Source: Octopus vulgaris
Lineage: Eukaryota
Reading direction: 5' to 3'
DNA length: 64,000 bases
Assembly (NCBI GenBank): GCA_951406725.2
Contig: OX597831.1
Location: 62,000,001 to 62,064,000 of the forward strand
Shown piece after piece: positions 53,600 through 64,000 of this stretch; positions within the stretch are counted from its first letter, which is position 1, and each line of letters begins with the position of its first letter. Under the pieces are notes generated by a model, which saw only the letters and a list, made by a program, of their open reading frames with translations, was not told where the DNA came from and searched no databases. The translations under genes and the position numbers were made by a program.

Positions 53600-54660
53600 A
53601 CGGCCAGCTGCAGTATAAACGGGGATTCATTTTCTGATTTGTTATCCGACAACATCGGTAAAAAAATGTGTCTTTTCCTGACACGTATTGATTTTCATAC
53701 TTTGTATTTCCTGCAGAGTCCCCGACTGATGTCCAGCATTGTAATGATGAACCAAGTGCTGTTATTGCACAGAGGTATCATCTTTAAATGCAGCGGCTAA
53801 ATATCAAACGAAAGACATCATGTTTCGCAACAGGCTCTCCTCTATACAGATGATTACTATTTATCTCTTACACGCTAGATGATGCTAATAACATCGATGA
53901 CTTAACCAATGCCATTGTACACCATAACCTGATCGATGTAAAGAAGTAGGAGTGATTACATTAATCTCAAACCAGCTCATTTTCCACATCTTCCGTCATA
54001 ACCTGCAACTACAAAACACAAAAGCCGTGTTTTGTACGTCATGCTATCTTGATACTGCCATCACTCAAAATACGAGTATAATGGCACATTGATAGCATAA
54101 CTTAGTAAACACAGAGTTAGACATCTGCGTCTTCGTTTGTCGACAGTACGTGGTGTACAGTTGAGGACTAAATTTCAAGTCTACCATACTGTGACTGACA
54201 AATACTTTTTGCATGCGTGAAATACACACCTTTTCCACATGGGGAAGCTGGAACAATTTCGCATGCACTGCTACAGGAAAATCTGTGACACTACCAATAA
54301 AAAAATTGTAGTAAGACTGAGATCATGCAATGATGCAACATCACTGATACTGAGTCTATCATGTATACGGTATTGACGACTAGAATACTCTCAAGACTCT
54401 CATGGGCTAAGGTGTCTATACCAGTGAAACTGGCAACGATGGACCAGTGGAAGCGGTTCAAAGGTGTCCCCAAAGCCATCATAATGTGTATGATCCAATG
54501 AGTAATATCGGAAATACTTGACAAAAATCTTAAGTGAATGCACAGCTAAGGCGAGATTGGCCACACAGCCGAATAGGTTGTCACCATAAAATCAAATCAG
54601 ACAATCTATACCACCAACGTCATCATTCTGCACCCTCAGCACATATGACTTGAATATAAC
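53600..54660 (+). pseudogene. Highly decayed RTE-clade LINE reverse transcriptase / C-terminus
   Basis: LLYTDD (about 53837, YADD box), RTKFQVYHTV (about 54164), KLEQFRMHCYRKI (about 54245) and QWKRFK (about 54446), collinear with RTE/BovB-type ORF motifs. Confidence 0.75.
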
Positions 54661-54774
54661 GGGTATCGAAACACGCATGGTAATTTCCAGCTATCGCTGA
54701 TACGGAAGGTTCGAGGTCAATACATGTCGTTGATGATGAGCAAATGATTCATTAATATATATGAATGTTCTTTT

Positions 54775-55397
54775 ATTCCTTTATTCTTTTATTCTGTTAG
54801 TTGTTTAAGTAATTTCACTGCGGTCATGCAGGAGCACAACCTTAAAGGGTTTTAGTGAAACAAATCCAGCCAATGACTTATTTCTTGAACCTAGTACTTA
54901 TTGTATCGATAACCTTTACCGAACCGCTAGTTACGATGACGTAAGCACACAACACCGATTGTCAAGCGCGATGGTGTCGGAGAAAAAACACATACACACA
55001 CACACATACTGTTGTATTTCGAGATGGTCATTTTTGTCAAATAAAAACACGAACTATATATCCGTTCTCCACTCATTTATTACTGTTGTTCTTCTAACTC
55101 ATGTCCATTATCTGGAAATCTTTCGTCACACACCTGTGATATCTTCAGCGACACTTTTCGTCTTCGTATGTGCTCTTGCTACGCTTAGAATAGACTAAGG
55201 AGAGCAAGAGCACATACGAAGGCGGAAATTGTCACTGAAGAGATCACAGGTGTGTGACGAAAGATTTCCATGAGTTAGAATAAGAACAGTAATAAATTAT
55301 TTGCCCCCATCCTAAAAAACTATTACCATACCGATATACGCCTTGCCTGTTTCAACACACGGTTTCGCATCAGGGATCGTGCAACAAAAATTCCTAT

Positions 55398-55440
<43 letters not shown>

Positions 55441-55583
55441 CGACGGGATTCTTTAAGTTTCCAAATCCACTACCAAATCCAGTCAAAAGGGTTTGGTCGG
55501 CCCGAGGCTATAGTAGAAGACACTGGCCCAAGGTGCCACGAAATAGTACTAAATTTGGGACCATGTGTTTGGGAAGCAAGCTT
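54775..55583 (-). mobile_element. CORE-type SINE interrupted by a nested fold-back element (about 55010-55395)
   Basis: The 3' half at 54775-55008 and the 5' half at 55440-55583 flank the insertion inside the SINE's (CA)/(TA) core. Confidence 0.8.
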
Positions 55584-55755
55584 ATGCAAATATGTATATA
55601 TATATATTTATATATATATACATATATCTCCGATACTTCATGAGTGTAGCCTCACCCACTTGTATTTGCTGCAATATTTGCAGCTTTTAATAAAGCCTGT
55701 CTTTGTATGAAACAATTGTACTAAAAAACTAATCCATTCTTGTTGCTTTTTTCTC

Positions 55756-55991
<236 letters not shown>

Positions 55992-58900
55992 TCACATATT
56001 TATATATATATGTATATCGATGTATATGTACATACACATAAAAATATACGTATGCATATATGTGTATTTGAAGTCGGTGCCCCAGCATACCAGTAATCCG
56101 GTCCTTCTGATCAATAAAAGTAATCAATCTAGGATTTTCGGTTGTTTTTTTTAACTTCTCGTATCATTATTTTTATTGTTAGTCTCCAAGGTCTACTGTT
56201 TCATATTGCTAGAGAGCTAAATATTACTAGAAAGAAACGAAATCCTTATAGAGACTGATAAAAGTGAAATTTCTATAAATGATTTTTGAAAAAAAATGTT
56301 ATTCTGACCCTTGGTTTATTCTGCTTGGATTTTTCCAAATATGGCAACATTATGTCTCCTAAGAGACATAGGATTTACGACTTTTCTTATTTTAGTTTTA
56401 TTAAAATGACAAGCTGTATTGTAAGGTTATATTCTGAGGATATTAATGATAGGGAGATTTCATTTGCAAAATGCATTATTTTTAAAATTTATTGCATACA
56501 TAAGCTATGCATGAATATATGTGTGAGTGTTTGTGTGCATGTGTGTATCAGTATGTGTTTGTGCTGTGTGGTTGTGTTTCTGTGTATATTTCCGCGTGTG
56601 TGTAATTTTGCACTGGGAGAGGAAGGTTTTCTAAATTGCCTTTTACATTAATACGCTTTTGTATGGCTTTCCAAATATTTGTATGTATACATATGAAGAT
56701 TATTACTCATTCACATATATATTCAAATATATTATCTTTCATTTGATTTCTTAAATTATTTACATTTTAGAATGTTTAGTAAATCACCTCTGTTTGCTCT
56801 CCTTATGACACTCGTATATATTGTGTAAATATTTATATGGTCCTTGAAACACAGAATAGTTATTTCTTGTCGTAAATCACACTTAAATCTTTGTACGTTA
56901 GATTTCAAGTTTCAGTTTCTGATTTTTTAAAAGTAACTTAGAAACAAAGTTACTGTAAATTCTGTATTTGGCATACATACTATTCTTAACACAATCTTAC
57001 TATAGAAATTTGTCGGATCCAAATGTATTTCCTTTTCTGTGACATTTCGATACATTTTACAATTCTAACATTGATTACCACTCTAGATGTGAAATCAAGT
57101 TATATATTGATTCGGCAAATTTGTTGAAGCTTTTCAGCTCATTCTTTAACATTGCAACCCAATAACGTAGCTGCTTTAAAAGAAGTGTTCGTAGTACAAC
57201 TATACTCAGAGCAGTTACTAATTATAATTATTCAGTACACGATTGGATTGAATTTAGATTCGTCTAGGCTATCAGTTTAGAAAATCAGAGAAATATTTCA
57301 AATGTCAGAAATACATTTAGATTCCCAATAATTATGTAATTGCATTAGCCACTTCCATAAAATCCTTTTTCTTCTATACGATCTATGAATATGATCTATC
57401 ATGAAATTTGTTACAAAATAGCATATTGATTTGTACAATTTTATTAGTCAATAGAGTACTGTCGTTTTCCTACCATATGATTTAATATTATAGAATGTGC
57501 TACTGTAACCCATGACTTTCAAAGCGTAACATATAACGTTAAAAAGTTAATTACTAAAGCGAATTAGCGTTAATCGTAAACTAATATTTCATACACTGTT
57601 TATACTGGGAAGCATTTGTAATGATATTCCATTAGTGAGGTATAATCTCTATTAATTGAGTAATATTCTAAATTACACTGCTATACGAAAAATTGTCTTA
57701 GAAAATGGGATAATGGCACGTAAATGCGTCGGATCTGTTGATGACTAGTGAGAGCTACCTATATGATGTATTTCATACTTCCCTGACCCACCACTTTTTC
57801 ATAAACTTTCACTGTTTCATAAGCACTGTTTCCCTGACCCACCACTGTCTCATACAACATTCTATTGGATGAGTAGTTTCCTCATTCAATTAAGCCATAA
57901 AAACATAATCGCATTTATTGCATAGTTAAACACATGCGATAACTTTTTTACGTTTGTTAATAAAAATATAAGAAAATGTATACACTATTGTCAAACAGGC
58001 GCTTCATTTTGAAATGATATTTATGACGAGACATAACCTTGAACGAAATGGTGGCTGATGTAGCTACTACAATTCATACAATATTAAGTAAATATAACTG
58101 ATTCTTGGCACGAAATAAAAACATTCACACTGCCTTCTTGTAAAAATGTATACATGCAAAAAAAAACAAACAACCATAATACTTTAGTCTCATTTTTACG
58201 TTTTAGCTTGTCTTATAAATTCCGTTGTAATTCGCAACAACACTAACGTACATAAAACCAGAAACCAGTAACATGCTTTTAATTATTTTTCCTATGCCTA
58301 TTGACGACTGTATGCCGTGTAAGAACAATTTGTTTGCTTATCTCTAATAAAGACATTGATCTTTGTCCCTCCTGAAAAAGAAAAAGGAATAAGTATGTTT
58401 CTTTTAAAAAATTTGCCCGTGATTAATTTTCCTGTATATTATTCCCTTTCAGTCATTTGGTATATTAATTATGTTTTCATTCTGAAATTGTATTATTTTA
58501 TTTCATTCTGCTTTAGCTAAACTTTTCACCAACAAATATTCTATAGACTATATTGTTGATTGTTATAGAGTGTACAAAATAGTGTCAAGATTTCGGTAGT
58601 CTTTTATTCCATTTCAATCTAAAAAAGAGTATTTTGGTTGCTTTGTTTCTTTTTATGTTATGTATAACCGATCATAGCATATTAATTGAACTTTATCATT
58701 TATATTAGTGCGGCACCTTGAATTGTCTGTCTGAAATTTTGTAATATAATTATTCATGAATTGGGTTTTGTTGCAGTTATCTTCAGGAGAGGCTCAATAG
58801 ATTTTGTCATACACTTGGTTTTCTCTGTAATGCATTATTGAAGGAATCGAAAATATGTCGGCGAGAAATCGAACCTCCATCACTGAAATAGTTCATCACA

Positions 58901-59577
58901 AAATTACGTACTATTTATTAGCATTACATAAAGAAGGACTGAGATGGGACGCCGGAAAAAATGCTTCGCAGCAATTTCATCCGGCTTTACATTCTGAGTC
59001 CAAATGCCTCTACTATAGACTTTGCCTTTCATAACTTCGGAGTGATAAAATAATGTACAAGATGATTACTGGGGTTGATGTCATCGATTAATTCTCGCCT
59101 TAAATTCCAGGGCTTGTAGAAAGTAAGGAAAATGTGCATTTAAGCAAAGAAAAATAGATAACTATGTCTATATTGGGTTTGTTTTGCTATTGCCTTTTAT
59201 CATCGTGTATCATATGATGGATATACGCTATTTCTGCCAAGTTGAATAACCATGCAAGGGTTTAAGGGTTGTCAAATAACAGAATTCATCTAATTGATTA
59301 GTTATGGCATGAATTGGTTTAACCAGAAGCACATCCAGGAAGCACATAGCAAGTGCTTAGTATGTTACTGATCAACATAGAGCAGCAGTTAAATTGTTTT
59401 CTACTTAATAGCACACGCCTATTTTAAGCAGCATCTCTCGTAAAATACACCCAGCATCTAAAAAGGAAACGTAACTCTAAATCTGATAGGGAGGGATGAT
59501 AGAATTTTGTCATATAGTTAGTACGACTTGTACATGTATAGAGGTTAAAGCACAGCAATAAAACCATCCAGATGCGA

Positions 59578-59597
59578 TATAATAATAATAATAATAA

Positions 59598-59630
<33 letters not shown>

Positions 59631-59778
59631 GAAGAAGAAGAAGAAGAAGAAGAAGAAGAATGGTGATGATGATGATGAGGAGGAGGAGGAGGAGGAGGAT
59701 AATAATAAAAACAACAAAAATAATATTAATAATAACAATAGTAATAATATTAATAATAATAATAATAATGATGAGGAT
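59578..59778. repeat. Compound trinucleotide tract (AAT)(GAA)(GAT)(GAG)(AAT)
   Basis: Directly visible. Confidence 0.95.
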
Positions 59779-60519
59779 GAGCCTCGAATACAAAACAGCA
59801 TGGAAGCGTAACAGTGAGCTGGCGGGAAGATAGATCAAATCTGATGCTTTCACGAAGCAGGAATTATGAATACTCAAAAACAATGAAAGCAAACTATACC
59901 GCTACGAAAACTGCAGAACTGCGACTAACATTTTTAAATTTTAGATTTTAATTATATATACATCCATATTTATACAAGACCTCTATATATATGCACATTG
60001 TAGTTTCTTCTCGGTCTCTCGCTGATACACCAATAATGATTATAACTACGTAAGAAATATCAACACATGTCCATGGACGGTGTTCCCTTAAAAAAAGGAA
60101 ACGCTGTAAAAACGAACCCATTATAATCCAACAAAAAGAGAAAGAACGGTGGACAGATAACCGTAAATACTATGAAATAGTTGATTTATGATATACGCAC
60201 GCTACTAATGAAACATTCCTCCAAAATATATAGAGAATAAAATGATACCGTAAATATCCCAACAAAATGAAGAAAGGTTACAACAGGTGCCATAGAAGGC
60301 CGATACCAGGCAGAAGAGCACAACCTGCGCTGCAAAAGCAGCACACTATACAAAAAACTAATGCAACGGAAGACTCAAATCAAACACCGTAACAAAACAT
60401 ATTGATACAATACAATATCCCACCCCAAAAGTGCAGCAAACATGACCCCGCCAGCACAACGGTGCAAGAAATGATGCAACAGAAAGTCATTCGGAACTAT
60501 CAGATGTCGAAATATAATA

Positions 60520-63330
60520 GTGGTGATGACGTTGGTGACGGACATTACCTTACCTCAGTTTATGAGAGACAGGAGTTTCTGAAGAACTCTGGTTGTAACA
60601 GCGAAAATGAAGCTGGTCCTTTCAAAGAAGGCATCTCGCTCGGCATTAGTTCAGAAAGGGTGCAGACTGACCACAGTTGATATCCTGATACGGTATCAAT
60701 AGATAATAGAGTAAGGAGGAGGAAGTGGGACAGCAAAGAAAACAGGATTGTGAGGCAGTTCCACTAAGAAAGTGAACGTAAAAAACATGGTATAGAAAAT
60801 GCATGTTAACCCTTTGGGTAGAGAAGGGTATGTTTAAAGTGATTAAGCAGAGATTAGAAGATCAAGCAAATGCTATTAGGTGAAATAGTGGATGACAGAA
60901 TTGATGGTAGAAGATATCACAAGAGAACTGGAAAAGAAAGACCAAGCAATGGGAAAGACAAACAGCAACATAAGTGATACAATTCAAACCAAAGAGGTAC
61001 CTAAAGGAAAACAGTAATAGCGCTACTAATAAAGAAGGGTCAACCGGCACTAGCGACTTGAGTGATTTAATTCAAGTACATCAGAATATTTTAGATGTGT
61101 TGCAGGAAGTAATCAGTAAAGAAGTAAAATAAAAATCACAAACATTAAAAGGCCTAACAGTAGGAAGCTGCTAGAAATGACTGGAGCAGCAGAAATTAGA
61201 TTAGATATCTCACAGGGAAAGGTTAAAACAGAGCAAATGTGAAAAAAGACATTACCAAATAAAGTGATGAGTTTAAGACAAGATCTGAGTAAAATAAAAA
61301 CCTGTAAACTGAACATGTTAGGAAACACAAGATGCAAATCTTCCCTTGAGAAAAGATACTTTGTAAAGAGAAAGGATTTTGGGACAGTAATAGAAGAGGT
61401 GAAACAACGTATAATAGTAGCAGCAGGCAAACTGTCTAGATATCAGAAAAGAATAGATTAGTATCGAGGGAATAGATGATTTGAGACAGACCAGAGATTT
61501 TATAACCAAATGAATAGTGGAGAACGGATCGAAGCACTAAAGATGAGAAACCTAATGCAGAAGACGCTAGAAAGTTCTGGAGTAATATTTGGGATAAGCC
61601 AGTCAATCATAATGGAGACGCAGTATGGTTAAAGAAAGGAGGGAAAAAATAATGAGTGAGAAACAGTCAGTTCTAAGACTAACTAATGCATAAATACGTA
61701 AAGTTTTAGGAAAAAAGCCGAAATGGAAGGACCCAGGAACAGATTTATTTCAAGGATACTGGCTAAAGAAATTTAGTAGGTTACATGGGCGGCTGAGGGA
61801 ACAACTTCAAGATTGACTCAATGGAAGGATAATACCAGATTGGGTGACTAGAAGGAGGACAATACACATTATGAAAGATAAAAGCGAGGGTAATACACCT
61901 AACGACTATTGACCAGTCACTTGCTTACCATTAGTGTGGAAGCTGCTAAGAGGAATGCTTTCAGGAAGCATTTACGAGCACCTTCACAACTAGAATTTAC
62001 TATCTTAAGAACAGAAAGGTTGCTGGAAGACGGCTAGAGGAACGCATGATCTACTATATAGAGACAACGCAGTTCTACATGAAGTAAGAGCTAGAAGAAA
62101 AATCTAACACTAGCATGAATAGATAATAGGAAAGCCTATGACATTATTCTACCTACACACACACATGGATAAGCAAATGCCTGAGTATATCAAGTATAGC
62201 AGACAACATAAGAGAATTAATTTCCATGAAGAAATGGATCTCTACACAGGTGACACTCTGAGGGAAAATTAATATCAAAAGAGAAATTTTCCAGGGGGAC
62301 TCGTTGTCCCTTTTAATATCTGTCTTATACTTGGTACCCCTCTGTTTAGTATTAAGGAACGTAAAGGTAGGATATCAGTTCAGAAATGTTATTTTGTACT
62401 CTTGGGACAAGGCCCAAAATTTTTGTGGAGTGGGGGGGCAGTCGAATAGATCGATCCCAGTACGCAACTGGTAATTAATTTATCAACCCCGAAAGAATGA
62501 AAGGCAAAGTCGACCTCGGCAGAATTTAAACTCAGAACATAAAAACAGACGAAATACCGCTAAGCATTTAGATCGGCGCGCTAATGGTTTTGCCAGCACG
62601 CCGCTTGAGTTAAGGAATATTGAGGGAAAAAATCAACTATATACTCTACATGGTTAATCTGAAGCCATTTAGTAAGAATGTAAAAGAGATTGATTCCTTA
62701 ATACAGACTGTAAAATCTTTCAACAAAAATATAGGCATTGAATTTGGCATTGATAAGTGTGCTATATTACTCATGAGAAGGCAATAGGTAGTCAACAGCG
62801 AAGGCATCCAATTACCAGATGGCCAGGCATTAAAATTATTCAAAGAGGAGAGAGTTATAAGTATATATAAATATTGGAATTTGAAACAATATTAACTATA
62901 GAAATAGTGAAAAAAGTTTATTAAATTTTTTTAAAAGAAGAGAAGAAATTATCAGTCTCGAAGTTCAAGTCGTTGCATGGTAGATTCTCAAAGACAGTAG
63001 CATTAATTAGTAGTAGTGAGACAAGGCTATATTTACAGAAAGGAAAGCTGAAGACAGAATATTTGACAGTAGCTGCAGAAGACCAAGCGTTAAATACTAA
63101 TTATATAAAAGCCAAGTGCGTGAAAAATGTAGCCCAGTAGTTATAAGTCTATTGGCAGCTATCCTTAATGATTTGAACAGATGGATAGAGGAAAAAGGCA
63201 TAAACCCAGTTTAGTAAGTTATTAGGGACAGCTAGGATACTTAGGTGGTGATCTTGGCATAAAAGGTTACTTGATGTAGACTGATGTTAGTGCTTTTTCT
63301 TTACCAGAAGTTTAAACTGTTGTGTGTATA
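60520..63330 (+). mobile_element. Decayed R4/Dong-clade non-LTR retrotransposon
   Basis: Collinear motifs: RRRKWDSKENRIV and LWVEKGMF..QRLEDQANAIR (N-terminus); KWKDPGTDLFQGYWLKK; RPVTCLPLVWKLL-like; EQKGC..RGTHDLL; IDNRKAYD; IFQGDSLSPL; IGIEFGIDKCA; terminal LLGTARILR. Many stops and frameshifts. (TAA)n tail at 63329-63430. Confidence 0.88.
62391..62606 (-). mobile_element. GGCAGAA-family SINE nested in the LINE RT domain
   Basis: SINE motifs interrupt the RT between GYQFRN and KINY. Degenerate 15-bp TSD CAGTTCAGAAATGTT (62376) / GAGTTAAGGAATATT (62607), 11/15 identical. Confidence 0.85.
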
Positions 63331-63368
63331 ATAATAAAAAAATTAATAATGATAATAATAAAAATAAA

Positions 63369-63432
<64 letters not shown>

Positions 63433-64000
63433 GTGAGGATGACAATGATAATGATATATTACCCGAAGATGGAATTTAACAGGTTTTAACAGTGTATCAC
63501 GAAGTACGTTTCTTCAGCGGATTTTACGAGGTTTTTCCCCAAACTACACTAAACAGATATATATGTTCTTTTATTCTTTTACTTGTTTCAGCCATGCGGC
63601 TGCAGTCATGCTGGAGCAACACCATGTACATATATGTATATATATATATATGTATAAGACAGTCACTTTGCTTTTACTCAGACTTTCCTCTACATGATAT
63701 GGCAGTCACTTTGCCTCTTACTCGGATTTTCAGAAATTTTGCATGACTGTATCCGAAAATTTCTTCACACAACTTGATCAAATATTCAATATGAGCTATA
63801 TGTAGACATACATAAATTCTGTAGGTTTAAAAACTTTCATCGGATCTACATGAATCGAACTTTCTTCAATGCAGCTAATCTTACAACCTCTTTTGTATCT
63901 ACCCCTTTTGATGTTTGGGAATTCTCTGATGTTTTTTCGGCTGACGAGTACGAGCCATCTGTATTCACTGCATTTTTTGTAGCTTATTAAAGATGTCCTC

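Noticed and set aside
57779-57846. 17-bp direct repeat TTCCCTGACCCACCACT
   Set aside because: A simple local tandem duplication with no further structure.
63899-63958. Minus-strand MARTRQPKK resembling the histone H3 N-terminus
   Set aside because: Stop after 19 codons and no histone fold downstream. Other frames are open longer and run off the window edge.

Overview
AT-rich, microsatellite-saturated, repeat-dominated animal DNA. The SINE families, (TA)n/(CA)n density and LINE types match coleoid cephalopod, most likely Octopus, intronic or intergenic sequence (inferred from recognised repeat families, not from a database search). No intact host protein-coding gene, rRNA, bona fide tRNA or CRISPR array is supportable, and nearly all ORFs in the six-frame track are microsatellite or SINE artefacts. 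Recognisable content: four tRNA-derived SINE families (about 25 copies, including a 4-unit tandem array); decayed non-LTR retrotransposons (R4/Dong-clade about 60.5-63.3 kb with a (TAA)n tail, RTE about 53.6-54.7 kb, Tx1/L1 3' end about 29 kb, Penelope GIY-YIG about 14.6 kb); DNA-transposon relics (mariner, probable Chapaev-type, and Helitron-like, piggyBac-like and Merlin-like MITEs). The most striking unexplained signal is a dense set (more than 12) of minimal hammerhead-ribozyme-like motifs. They lie in short Penelope-pLTR-like elements sitting in (TA)n tracts, in fold-back palindromes of 0.1-0.8 kb, and in one case fused to a tRNA-headed SINE. Also notable are a codon-conserved duplicated peptide repeat of unknown (possibly D5 primase-like) origin and a near-perfect 91-nt hairpin.
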